The position numbers were made by a program, and so were the translations under genes. From NCBI GenBank assembly GCA_046757165.1, contig JBHHXT010000071.1, positions 1-21,319 on the forward strand: a stretch of 21,319 nucleotides of DNA. The letters are read 5' to 3'. The stretch is from a bacterium (GTDB lineage: Bacteria; Zhuqueibacterota; Zhuqueibacteria; Oceanimicrobiales; Oceanimicrobiaceae). The notes beneath the pieces were generated by a model. The model made no database searches. It was not told where the DNA came from and saw nothing but the letters and a program-made list of their open reading frames with translations. Positions 1 to 8,595 of this stretch are shown piece by piece (positions within the stretch are counted from its first letter, which is position 1; each line of letters opens with the position of its first letter).

Positions 1-156
1 TTCTGCCCCCACCCATATTCTTGACTTATGAGCACGTACTTTCTTACAGCTAACACTGCTCCTCTGAGATGACCCCTGCTCTCCCCCTCCAGCCCCTCGC
101 GATTATGAAGCGTCCCCTGGTTGTTGGCCGCTCTTGTTTAGGAGGTATTTTATTTC

Positions 157-220
157 ACTATAGCCATATCTTACATAAGTGCAGCATTAATTGTCGTTTA
201 TCAAGATTAACATTCCGTTA
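157..220 (-). promoter_or_regulatory. Putative activator-dependent promoter: tandem TTAA-like boxes plus -10-like TATAGT, pointing leftward out of the window
   Basis: Plus-strand ATTAA(186), GTTTA(196), ATTAA(206), GTTAT(217); minus-strand TATAGT at 162-157; 175-210 matches 11610-11645 at 27/36 positions without gaps. Confidence 0.6.
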
Positions 221-353
221 TGTTGAACGGCTACGTCTTATGGATGCCCCACAAGGGGGCATGGCTACATAGTCGGTGGGGGTCGCCACTCGTCCGCGCA
301 TTCCCCGGTGGGTTTCAATTCGCCACTCGTGCGCCATCTCTTGTTCAACCCCC

Positions 354-2003
354 TCACAAATCATCTCCTCTGCCCATATTCTCATCCCCGGTAATGATTT
401 TCGGCTGCAGCAGAATCACCAGCTCTGACTTGACTTTCTTGGTACTTTTGCTGCGAAAAGGGAAACCGAGAATCGGAATGCTGCCCAGGATGGGAACCTT
501 CTTCTCGTTATCGATCACCTGGTCTTTGATCAACCCGCCGATAATAATGGTCACCCCATCCTTGACGATTACCGTGGTTTCCGACTCGGATTTCTCAATC
601 ACCGGAATGTTGTCGATGAAGCTGGTGACTTCACTGACCTCAGGCTTGATCTTCATTGTAATGAAGCCTTCATCGTTGATATGAGGCGTGACGCGCAATT
701 TCACGCCGACCTCCACGGTGACCACTTTTTCGAAAGTCCGCAGCGTGCCGCCCTGATCCTCGCGCGTATCGATGGTCTTGTAGGGAACGGTGCTCCCTAC
801 CAGGATGTACGCCTCCTGCCCATCTATGGCGGTTATGCGGGGATTGGAAAGCAGGTCTGTCTTGCCGATACTTTGCAGCGCCTCAATCAATCCGGTCAGG
901 GAAAAATCGTCGACTGAAAGATCGGTGGCACGGACTCGTGCACCCGCATCGCTGTCGGCCAGGATTCGAAAGGATGAGCTGATATCGAGATTGCCGCCAA
1001 GCTTGTCCGCCATCGCGTTCCAATCCACACCCATCTTGTACTCATCCGTCAAGTTCACCTGGATGATCTTTGCTTCGATGAGCACCTGCCGGGTCCGCCG
1101 GTCGAGGGCCTGGACTACCTGCTCGATGTTGGGGAGGTTGTCGGGCAAATCTCTAACAAAGAGCTGATTCGAGGTTTTGTCGACGGTTGCAGAGCCAATA
1201 CCCGGGGTCAGCTCGTCCTGCAATCTTGTGGCGATCGCCTCTGCATCGGCGTATTGCAATGAAAAGGTCTCCATGACTGCAGCTCCGGGCGTATCTGCCT
1301 CGTCCAGGAATGTGGCGATTCGTTCTATTCTTTCGGCATCATCAAAAACCACAACCTGATTGGTCCCGGGATCAATTCTGAGCCGGCCGCCGGAGGACAC
1401 CATGTGTTTCACGGCTTCTTCGACGTGCTGAACCGGGACGTGTATGAGCGTGAACGTACTCGTCTGCAGCGGCACGTCGATTTTCGTGATCACCGCTTGC
1501 ATGTCCTGCAGGACAGCCGGGAGATCCACGAGAATGACGCTGTTGCTGCGCGCGTCTGCGATGACATTCCCACTTTTTGACTTCAACTGGAAAATCGATT
1601 TGACCACCTGTTCTGTGCTGGCATGATGCAGCTTCACGACACGCGTCTGCACACGGTCCTTGAAGGGTCGGCCGAACCGGGTCAGGTACTCCTCTGCTGT
1701 CACCACCTTGATAATGCCTCGCTCCCGGTAGTACGCCAGTCCCTGCATCTCAACGACCAGACCGAGCGCGTCCATGACTTTCACGCTGTCGACGAATATC
1801 GTCACGGTGCCCTGAACGGATTTGCTGGTCACAATATTGATGTTTGCGGCTGAGGACAGGGTCTTGAAGACATCATGGACATTGACATTCCGGAATTGCA
1901 GACTCACCTTTTTCTGCTCGCTCCTGCCCCCCTGTGCCCACGTGGTTCCAAAACTGATCAGCATCAAGCAAAAAAACAATGAAAGAGGTCGTTTGTAGCA
2001 CAT
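354..2003 (-). CDS. gspD: Type II secretion system secretin (GspD/PilQ family)
   Basis: Signal peptide (MCYKRPLSLFFCLMLISFGTTWA-Q), N0-like domain, repeated secretin_N domains, secretin core (RQVLIEAKIIQV, LLSNPRI, VKDGVTIIIGGLI, KVPILGSIPILGFPFRS, ELVILLQPKII). The ATG at 2003 follows GGAAGGA; the ORF track extends to 2069. Confidence 0.95.
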   Translation of the reverse strand: MCYKRPLSLFFCLMLISFGTTWAQGGRSEQKKVSLQFRNVNVHDVFKTLSSAANINIVTSKSVQGTVTIFVDSVKVMDALGLVVEMQGLAYYRERGIIKVVTAEEYLTRFGRPFKDRVQTRVVKLHHASTEQVVKSIFQLKSKSGNVIADARSNSVILVDLPAVLQDMQAVITKIDVPLQTSTFTLIHVPVQHVEEAVKHMVSSGGRLRIDPGTNQVVVFDDAERIERIATFLDEADTPGAAVMETFSLQYADAEAIATRLQDELTPGIGSATVDKTSNQLFVRDLPDNLPNIEQVVQALDRRTRQVLIEAKIIQVNLTDEYKMGVDWNAMADKLGGNLDISSSFRILADSDAGARVRATDLSVDDFSLTGLIEALQSIGKTDLLSNPRITAIDGQEAYILVGSTVPYKTIDTREDQGGTLRTFEKVVTVEVGVKLRVTPHINDEGFITMKIKPEVSEVTSFIDNIPVIEKSESETTVIVKDGVTIIIGGLIKDQVIDNEKKVPILGSIPILGFPFRSKSTKKVKSELVILLQPKIITGDENMGRGDDL

Positions 2004-2065
2004 AGGCGTCATTCCTTCCAGTTCTGTGAGTGAGGCAGTGACTCGCACAAATTCATCTCCAGGAC

Positions 2066-2728
2066 TCACATTCGTAAATTGATGAGATCTCCATCGCGCT
2101 GCAGGAGAACCCGGTCAGAGAATATCTCCTGAACCTGATAGCCGTCGAGGCTTTGGCCCCTGGTCAGAAACAGGGTGGTGTTGCTGCTGTTTTCCCGCAC
2201 GATCGCCTGCGGTACCTCCCCCATCAGAATCCCGAGCAGGGTGAAGCGCTGGGTAAATCCGGGCACCTCACTTGCGTTTAGTGGATTGGCGGTTTTGTGC
2301 ACGGGCTCATGCACCTCGACACGAAAGTATCTGCGCCGGGCCGCCACCGTGCTGTAAGACGGATTGCGCTGATTTGCAGTGGCGGAAGGGTTGTCGTTTG
2401 TGCCCGCGACCGCCTGCGGCATCTGTAATTTTTCTGCCAGCGCTTTTCCATCATGCCACAAAAAGAGAAAAACAGCCAGGGTCATGAACAGGGCTAGCAA
2501 AAGAAGCCCTCTGTTGACCAACAACATTGGCTTTTGACGCCAGAGTTGTTTTAGCGGCTGTCCTGGTCTGGTAGCTCGCACCATGCGCAGCTTCTGCCAT
2601 TGTTTGCGCCAGAAGGGCTCTGGCCTGGCTTTGGCTGGCGAGGGCAGGGCTCTGTTGTGCTTGCCATTGGTGGCAGGACCGCTTTCCCGGGCCGGTTTCA
2701 AAAAGAATTTCGCGATTCGGTTCATCAT
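2066..2728 (-). CDS. gspC: GspC/PilP-like protein (one TM helix plus HR domain, no PDZ)
   Basis: Basic N-terminus, TM helix (GLLLLALFMTLAVFLFLW), C-terminal HR-like domain (FTLLGILMGEVPQAIV...GQSLDGYQVQEIFSDRVLLQRDG); directly upstream of the secretin. Start is either ATG 2728 or TTG 2746. Confidence 0.75.
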   Translation of the reverse strand: MMNRIAKFFLKPARESGPATNGKHNRALPSPAKARPEPFWRKQWQKLRMVRATRPGQPLKQLWRQKPMLLVNRGLLLLALFMTLAVFLFLWHDGKALAEKLQMPQAVAGTNDNPSATANQRNPSYSTVAARRRYFRVEVHEPVHKTANPLNASEVPGFTQRFTLLGILMGEVPQAIVRENSSNTTLFLTRGQSLDGYQVQEIFSDRVLLQRDGDLINLRM

Positions 2729-2735
2729 GCTATAC

Positions 2736-3281
2736 TCAGGAAGCAAACATTCTTACGATCACAAACTGACATTGCAGCCCGTCCTTTCGACCTCCCTCAG
2801 GGGCGAGGTAGAGATGGCGAATCCGTGTCAGCCTGTCGCCTGTCTCCAGGCGCTGAAAGAAGGTCATTAGGTCCGGCAACTGGCCAAAACATTCAATCTT
2901 GACTTCGAGCAGCGTGAATCTTTTCCGCTTTCGTTCCCGGGCAGTTGCCGTTCGGTTGTTCAGGGTCGCCCGCACGGGTTGAAAACGGTGAATGGCGACT
3001 CGTCCCGCAGCCGCTTGGATTTCCCGCAGAAACTGAGCCGTGAGTGCGCTTTGAGAGCCATCCTGAGCCTGTTCCGTCTGATTCTGTTCCAGGTGACCCG
3101 CTTCATGCACCACCTTCAACATACTGGCATATTGCAGCCTCCTCTGGGCTATCTCTGTTTCGCTTTGCTGCAGGCCGTTTGTCAGCGGCAGCAGCAGCCC
3201 TTGCATCCCGATGTAAAGAGAGACGCCACCTAAGGCCAACCCGAGCAGGATCTTTTCCCGTTTCGTCAAAGGTCTTTTCAT
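2736..3281 (-). CDS. gspM: GspM/PilO-like inner-membrane platform protein
   Basis: N-terminal LTKREKILL, TM helix, coiled coil, then a ferredoxin-like region (VKIECFGQLPDLMTFFQRLE..RLTRIRHL); position in the operon fits. Confidence 0.75.
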   Translation of the reverse strand: MKRPLTKREKILLGLALGGVSLYIGMQGLLLPLTNGLQQSETEIAQRRLQYASMLKVVHEAGHLEQNQTEQAQDGSQSALTAQFLREIQAAAGRVAIHRFQPVRATLNNRTATARERKRKRFTLLEVKIECFGQLPDLMTFFQRLETGDRLTRIRHLYLAPEGGRKDGLQCQFVIVRMFAS

Positions 3282-4855
3282 CAGTCACGTTCCTGCAGAG
3301 TTTGCTGCAAACTGATTTGCATCTCAAATTCAATTTCTGGCTCTTTCCCCTGTCGCTGGCGGCGGTCTGCGGAGGTGATGACGGTTTCTCCCAGACCGGG
3401 CTGCACTGCCAGCTTCTGAGGGAGATTGAACACGTCACCGAGACGCCTGGCTACCCCTCGCACCACGACCTTTTCACCGCGCATGAAGGTGATGGAGCGC
3501 AGCTCTATGCTGGACGGCAGTTTCTCCAGCACCTGCGCAATGAGAAAGGAGGTGGCTTCTGTCGACACCAGCTCTTTCTCGAGCGAAGCCTCGACCTGCT
3601 GTCTTTTGTGCAGGGCTCGAACCCGGGGTTGCAGAGCCACGACTTTTTCGTTCAGCTCAGCCAGCACCAGATGTCTCTGATGCAGAGCATACCGCGCCGT
3701 GCCGGCGATAAGCAGGACCATGTACAACAGAATCAGCCCGGCATGCACTGCACCGCGGATGAGCTCGCGCTTGCGTCTCTGCTGCCGATCTTCATCCGGA
3801 AGCAGGTTCATCAGCTCATGACCGCGCCCGCCAACCATGCCAAGCAAAGTCGAAATCGAGAACCAGTGATGCCGGGTCGATTTGTCCTCGCTGCCAGCAA
3901 GATGTCCAAGCGGCATCGTCAGGTCGAACCAGCTCACAGGCACCCCCAGGGTTTCCTCCAGTTTGCCGGTCAGGTTTTGGACACGCGGTAACCACCCGGT
4001 GAGCGCAATGTGACCGACCGGAAGGTTGACCCCGGACTGGTCGAAGATCGCAATCGTGTCGGTGACGCCCCTTGAAAGCTCCTCGATCCAGTTGTCGTAC
4101 TCGGCCAGGCGTTGCGGGCCGACCATGCGCTCCATCAAATCTTCCATGCCCTTGCCAACACTGCGGCAAAACAGAAGGTTGTCATCATCGATAATGATGA
4201 CATTGGTGGCAGAAAAGTCAACATCGACCAGCGCCATGCATTTTGACTGAAGGTCCGGAAAATCCTTCAAGAAAAGCAGAAAGGAATGGTAGATAGCTTC
4301 GATGTTCAACCGGATGGCATCCACGACCATGCCAACACTCTCACACAGCTCCACATACCGTTTGCTCTCCCGCTTGTGCGCGATCACCACCATGATCCTG
4401 GCATACCCGTTTTGCTCGCGGGCAATGACGCGGACATCATAGACCACTTCTTTGGGCTCGATGGGAATTTCGTTCTGCAAATGATAGAAGGCCATCTTGC
4501 GCAGCTCACCTGCGTCGTGGCTGGGGAGACGCAACACTTTTGCGTGCACGCTATGCCTGGGGATGGAAATCGTCACGTGGGTGCCCTTCCGGAGCTCCAT
4601 TTCCTCCAGATGGTCCTGCAAGACTTTTCGGATCTCCTCATCCTGATTGGAGGAGAGAAACTTCACTTTCAGGAACTGCACATGGTCTGTCACCGACGGT
4701 CCATTGACCTGGATGAATTTTATCAGATTGCGGTCAAACTCGATGGCCACAAACTTGTGCACCTTGGGCAGAAGCTCGTGTGCCCAGATGAATGCCTTAT
4801 TCTGGAACTCAGCTCCTGACCATCCGGGCTTTGTTTTTTCTGCAACTTGCTCCAT
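3281..4855 (-). CDS. gspL: GspL-like protein: PilM-like actin-fold domain fused to a PilN-like TM/periplasmic domain
   Basis: PilM-like segments (VAIEFDRNLIKF, VTISIP, EIPIEPKEVVYD, ALVDVDFSATNV, HIALTG), then MNLLP, a TM helix, a coiled coil and a PilN-like domain (LPSSIELRSITF...VVVRG). Confidence 0.75.
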   Translation of the reverse strand: MEQVAEKTKPGWSGAEFQNKAFIWAHELLPKVHKFVAIEFDRNLIKFIQVNGPSVTDHVQFLKVKFLSSNQDEEIRKVLQDHLEEMELRKGTHVTISIPRHSVHAKVLRLPSHDAGELRKMAFYHLQNEIPIEPKEVVYDVRVIAREQNGYARIMVVIAHKRESKRYVELCESVGMVVDAIRLNIEAIYHSFLLFLKDFPDLQSKCMALVDVDFSATNVIIIDDDNLLFCRSVGKGMEDLMERMVGPQRLAEYDNWIEELSRGVTDTIAIFDQSGVNLPVGHIALTGWLPRVQNLTGKLEETLGVPVSWFDLTMPLGHLAGSEDKSTRHHWFSISTLLGMVGGRGHELMNLLPDEDRQQRRKRELIRGAVHAGLILLYMVLLIAGTARYALHQRHLVLAELNEKVVALQPRVRALHKRQQVEASLEKELVSTEATSFLIAQVLEKLPSSIELRSITFMRGEKVVVRGVARRLGDVFNLPQKLAVQPGLGETVITSADRRQRQGKEPEIEFEMQISLQQTLQERD

Positions 4856-4893
4856 ATATCAACTCTCTTCCGATGCTGTTTCAGGAACTCAAT

Positions 4894-5895
4894 CTACTGC
4901 TCATTCCAGGCAACGATCTGCACCTCTCTGTCGCTCAGGCGCTGCACTGTCACAGATATCATTTTTCGCACCAGCCCGTTCAGCGTTACACCAACCGCGT
5001 GAATGGTAAAGTGGGTCGATTGGACGCCCAGCGACCCTTCGGAAACGAGCCTGTTCAGCAGAACCTGGTCACTCGGTTTGAGCTTGATCAGTTGATTTAG
5101 CTGGGTGACCAAATCACCGGGCACCTTGAACGCGATGTCATCCCCGGTGAACGGGGAGTCATCATGCCCCTGTCTCACTTTCGTAATCGCTTTGGCCACC
5201 TCCTTGCGGATGCCAAGCATGGACAACACCTCTGCCGGGGCGGTGTTGATGTTGACTTTCCCGTCACCATGGACCGTAATCCAGGGCGCCAGCTGGCGCA
5301 CTTCTTCTTCGTTGAAGCCTTTCACCAGGCGCAATTCTTCCACAAAATCAAACTTGCCGTTCTTGCACGGATAAGAAGCGTTGTGCTCATAGTAATTCGC
5401 CTCTGCGCCGCCCGGTCTCGTCTCGTTGTCCTCGTCGCGCCAATCCATCAGGGCAGCCACTTTTTCTGCCTTCATTCCGGGCAAACGCAACAACGCCTCC
5501 GCCGGAGCATGGTTGATGTTGATCTTTCTATTCTCGTCACACACGCCGTAGATAGGCTGCCGGACATCGTCCCGGCCTGATTCGTTCGAGTACCCGACCT
5601 CAAAGAAGCCGACTCCGCAGCGAATCTGTTTGAAAAGCGCTGGACTGTAGGCCCAGGCCTGCGTGAAAGCGTGGTATGAATCAACCGTATCCTCAGCCGA
5701 AGTGCTCTTCAAAACGGCGATGGCCTGGTAAACCCCGGCTCTGGCAAGCCAGACAGCCTCCGTGGCTCGCAGCGTGTAGCTTTCCAGACGAAGCCCAACC
5801 ACTGCATTACGCACCAGCCCGGCGGTCAGCAAACTGAGCAAGGCCAGAATCCAGAGTGCGGTGATTGAAAGCCCGCCTTTGCTGTCCCTAAGCAT
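4894..5895 (-). CDS. gspK: Minor pseudopilin GspK
   Basis: KG-GLSITALWILALLSLL without Glu5 (typical of GspK), LARAGV, DENRKININ, DWRDED, EELRLVKG, GKVNINTAPAEVL. The ATG at 5895 overlaps the end of gspJ; the ORF track starts at 5937. Confidence 0.93.
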   Translation of the reverse strand: MLRDSKGGLSITALWILALLSLLTAGLVRNAVVGLRLESYTLRATEAVWLARAGVYQAIAVLKSTSAEDTVDSYHAFTQAWAYSPALFKQIRCGVGFFEVGYSNESGRDDVRQPIYGVCDENRKININHAPAEALLRLPGMKAEKVAALMDWRDEDNETRPGGAEANYYEHNASYPCKNGKFDFVEELRLVKGFNEEEVRQLAPWITVHGDGKVNINTAPAEVLSMLGIRKEVAKAITKVRQGHDDSPFTGDDIAFKVPGDLVTQLNQLIKLKPSDQVLLNRLVSEGSLGVQSTHFTIHAVGVTLNGLVRKMISVTVQRLSDREVQIVAWNEQ

Positions 5896-6514
5896 CCGGC
5901 GCCTCGGAGTTCGGGTCTTCCTTGCCGTCACGCGCACGAATCGGACAGATGATCTCCATCTGCTCCCCGGAGGGGGACACCTGCAAGCGAACCTGGACCG
6001 CGAACGGCAATCGTTCCCTATCCGGCCAGTGCGCCCTCCATTGATAGCCAGCGCTTGTGCGTTGCAGATACTGCAAGCTCATTTCCGTGATCTCAGATAA
6101 CAGCGTTTCGTTTCGCCGTCCACTGGTGAAATCCGAAGTTGTTCGGATCAGGCTTTTGAACTCCCCTTCCTGACTCCTCCTCACAGCATAGGAGACGTTA
6201 ATGGGTTTCTTTCCACCGGTCAGGGCGGTCCCAAGGATGGTGAAGCTCAGCGAATCTGCGCTGCCTGTCAGTGGCGCGAAAGAAAAAGCCTGCACGCTGG
6301 CCAAATCAGACGTCCACCTCGAAATCGCATGCCGAACTTCCAGCAGCTTCTGCGTCTTGTCCCGGGTCAGATTTCGTACGGCAATCCCCCGGCGGATGAG
6401 GGTCAGCGTGGCCACCCCGACAATCGCAAAAATCGTCAACGCAACCAGGACCTCGACGAGCGTAAAGCCCGCTTCGTTCAACACCAATTGCTTTCTATTC
6501 TTCTTCTTGCACAT
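5888..6514 (-). CDS. gspJ: Minor pseudopilin GspJ
   Basis: Class III signal AG-FTLVEVLVALTIFAIV; C-terminal WRAHWP..RLPFAVQVRL motif typical of GspJ. Confidence 0.88.
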   Translation of the reverse strand: MCKKKNRKQLVLNEAGFTLVEVLVALTIFAIVGVATLTLIRRGIAVRNLTRDKTQKLLEVRHAISRWTSDLASVQAFSFAPLTGSADSLSFTILGTALTGGKKPINVSYAVRRSQEGEFKSLIRTTSDFTSGRRNETLLSEITEMSLQYLQRTSAGYQWRAHWPDRERLPFAVQVRLQVSPSGEQMEIICPIRARDGKEDPNSEAPDA

Positions 6515-6941
6515 GGACGGGTTGTGGTTTCGGCAACAGCGTGGTCAGAGTTATCTCGCCAGGTCTTCCGCGGTTCTCCCAACGCACGGTCACAGATAGG
6601 TGTTGCAAACCAGGAACATCGCCCCAATCGGAAACCAGGACCTCATAAGGAAAGCCGCCGCTTTCACCGGCTCTGGGCAGGTTTGCAGAGTAGACCCCGC
6701 TAAGCGCATCCAACTCGAACCGGGTTAGAATCTCTTCGGCAACGTGGCGAGCGGGTCCATAGTCGTGCTCGCGCACCTGCACGGAGCGCAGGGAGTTTTG
6801 CGACGCAGACAGGAGGGCGACGATGCCGACGGACAAGATGGTCACGGAAAGGAGCGCCTCAAACAGGATGTACCCCCTCTCACAGGTCCCCTTCGCCGGC
6901 GCCACGCACCGTGATCTTGCTGTTTTCGATCCGGATTTCAT
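6495..6941 (-). CDS. gspI: Minor pseudopilin GspI-like
   Basis: Class III signal RG-YILFEALLSVTILSVGI; C-terminal LSVTVRW...ITLTT; lies between gspH and gspJ. Exact start uncertain. Confidence 0.8.
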   Translation of the reverse strand: MKSGSKTARSRCVAPAKGTCERGYILFEALLSVTILSVGIVALLSASQNSLRSVQVREHDYGPARHVAEEILTRFELDALSGVYSANLPRAGESGGFPYEVLVSDWGDVPGLQHLSVTVRWENRGRPGEITLTTLLPKPQPVHVQEEE

Positions 6942-7365
6942 AAACTTTTTCGTTACCGTCTTTGATTCTCAGCACCAGGTCCGGGCACGCCCCGGCCGGT
7001 GTCCACTCCAATGGTTGAGCCATGGGTTTCAGGTGCGTGCCGCTGGCCAGCGTTCTTTCCAGCTCCACTTGCCACTCATCTTGCCATGACCAGCTCGGCT
7101 GGCCCGGCAGCTCCTGATCGCGGTGGTGTTCAATGGTGTACCCGCGGCCATCCGGCCAGATTTTGACCCGTCGCGCGTGGCCGGTAAGAATGGCCCGCTG
7201 CTGACACAGAACCAGGTCTGCCGCCACCTCCTCGGCGATATTCTGGATGCGCAAATCTTGAAATGAGCGCGACAGCTTGGGCGTGGCCGCCATAACGATC
7301 AGGCCGAGGATGAGCAATGTCAAGCACAGCTCGATCAGGGTGAGACCGTGCTCATTACTGCCCAT
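6880..7365 (-). CDS. gspH: Minor pseudopilin GspH/FimT-like
   Basis: Likely start is ATG 7365 (MGSNEHG-LTLIELCLTLLILGLIVMAATP), overlapping the gspG stop; AEEVAADLVLCQQRAI helix typical of GspH/FimT. Confidence 0.85.
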   Translation of the reverse strand: MGSNEHGLTLIELCLTLLILGLIVMAATPKLSRSFQDLRIQNIAEEVAADLVLCQQRAILTGHARRVKIWPDGRGYTIEHHRDQELPGQPSWSWQDEWQVELERTLASGTHLKPMAQPLEWTPAGACPDLVLRIKDGNEKVYEIRIENSKITVRGAGEGDL

Positions 7366-7807
7366 TTGTTTCGCCGCTCTCCCAATTTGTGACGTCATCG
7401 TCGCCGCCTTTCTGCTGGTCCGGACCGATAGAATACAGATCATAACTCTCCTCGTTCTGTTCGCCCGGAGAGACATAAACATAGGGCTGCCCCCACGGAT
7501 CCTTCGGGTGGGTGTTGCTCTTAAGGTAAGGCCCGTTCCAGGAGAAAGGAATGGGATGAGTCTCTGGTTTGTTGAGAAGCGCCGCCAGCCCCTGCTCTGA
7601 GCTCGGATAGACGCCGTTGTCCAGGTAGTACAGCTCCAGGGCGGTCGCAATATTGGCGCGGATATCAGCAAAAGCTGCCGCGCGCCGTGCCTGCTCTGTT
7701 CGACCAGAAAATTGCGGCACCACCAGCGCGACCAGGACGCCCAGGATGATGACTACCAACATGACCTCGATCAAGGTGAGGCCGCATTCGTTCTTCAAGG
7801 ATCTCAT
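7355..7807 (-). CDS. gspG: Major pseudopilin GspG
   Basis: CG-LTLIEVMLVVIILGVL, ALELYYLDNGVYPSSEQGLAAL, WNGPYL, PKDPWGQPYVY and the acidic Ca-binding tail SIGPDQQKGGDDDVTNW. Confidence 0.97.
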   Translation of the reverse strand: MRSLKNECGLTLIEVMLVVIILGVLVALVVPQFSGRTEQARRAAAFADIRANIATALELYYLDNGVYPSSEQGLAALLNKPETHPIPFSWNGPYLKSNTHPKDPWGQPYVYVSPGEQNEESYDLYSIGPDQQKGGDDDVTNWESGETNGQ

Positions 7808-7813
7808 GATCTC

Positions 7814-8593
7814 TTACTCCGATAATGAAAAACACCACATAAGCAATTCACGCTCCCACAAGAGCACCACCAACGCCCCGAGTGCCAGAAAGGGTCCAAA
7901 CGGCACTTTCCGCGTGGCAGCAGAATACCCCTTCACCAGGATTTGAACCAACCCGGCAACTGTCCCGGCAAAGGCCGCAACCGTCACGGCCAACAGCCCG
8001 GCTTGCCACCCCAAAAACGCGCCGATCATGGCAGCCAATTTGATATCTCCGCCGCCCATGGCGTCAGGCTTTTTGAAGAGAACTTCACCCAACCAGCCGC
8101 CTAAGTAGAGAAACCCTCCGCATACGGCCGTGCCTGTCAGCGCGCCCGCCAGGTCGTGTGACGGCCCCGCGCCGGCGAGCAGCAGACCTGACAGGATGCC
8201 GGTCAAGGTTATCTTGTCTGGAATGATCCGATGGGAAAGGTCGATAAAAGTTGCAATGGTGAGCAATGCACCCAAAAGAATGGCCGAGAACAGCCGGATG
8301 TCAGAGCCAAAATGCCAGAACAAAAGCAAGAAAAGAACCCCGCTCACGATCTCGAGCACCAGATAGCGCGATGGAATCGGCTGCTTGCAACAGCGGCTGC
8401 GGCCGCGAAGCAGGAGATACCCCAGAATCGGGAATTTGTATGGCCAGCGAAGACTGGCCTTGCAATTGTCACAAAAGGAGAGGCCCAGCACGACCGATTG
8501 GCCTTGTGGGATTCTGTAAATACACACGCCGATGAAGCTGCCTGTCAGAAGGCCGCCAAAGAACATGCTCATGTTGCAGATAAACGCGGTCAT
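7814..8593 (-). CDS. gspO: Prepilin peptidase (A24 family, GspO/PilD)
   Basis: GSFIGVCIYRIP, Cys cluster (CDNC...SRCC), both catalytic Asp motifs (FIDLSHRIIPD, MGGGDIKL), PFGPFL. Confidence 0.95.
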   Translation of the reverse strand: MTAFICNMSMFFGGLLTGSFIGVCIYRIPQGQSVVLGLSFCDNCKASLRWPYKFPILGYLLLRGRSRCCKQPIPSRYLVLEIVSGVLFLLLFWHFGSDIRLFSAILLGALLTIATFIDLSHRIIPDKITLTGILSGLLLAGAGPSHDLAGALTGTAVCGGFLYLGGWLGEVLFKKPDAMGGGDIKLAAMIGAFLGWQAGLLAVTVAAFAGTVAGLVQILVKGYSAATRKVPFGPFLALGALVVLLWERELLMWCFSLSE

Positions 8594-8595
8594 AG

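Noticed and set aside
1..56. Possible start of the leftward gene (GTG at 56, VLAVRKYVLISQEYGWGQ..., or ATG at 16)
   Set aside because: Too little sequence, and the RBS spacing is atypically short; no CDS can be called.
274..335. CRISPR-like appearance: GTTTCAATTC (reverse complement ends ATTGAAAC) plus a repeated TCGCCACTCGT
   Set aside because: Only two short partial copies, no repeat-spacer periodicity, and no cas genes in the window.
3044..3991. 315-aa plus-strand ORF
   Set aside because: Antisense to gspL/gspM; no domain signal.
7366..7671. N-terminal extension of the 263-aa ORF 6880..7671
   Set aside because: Overlaps gspG in another frame; the prepilin signal places the gspH start at 7365.
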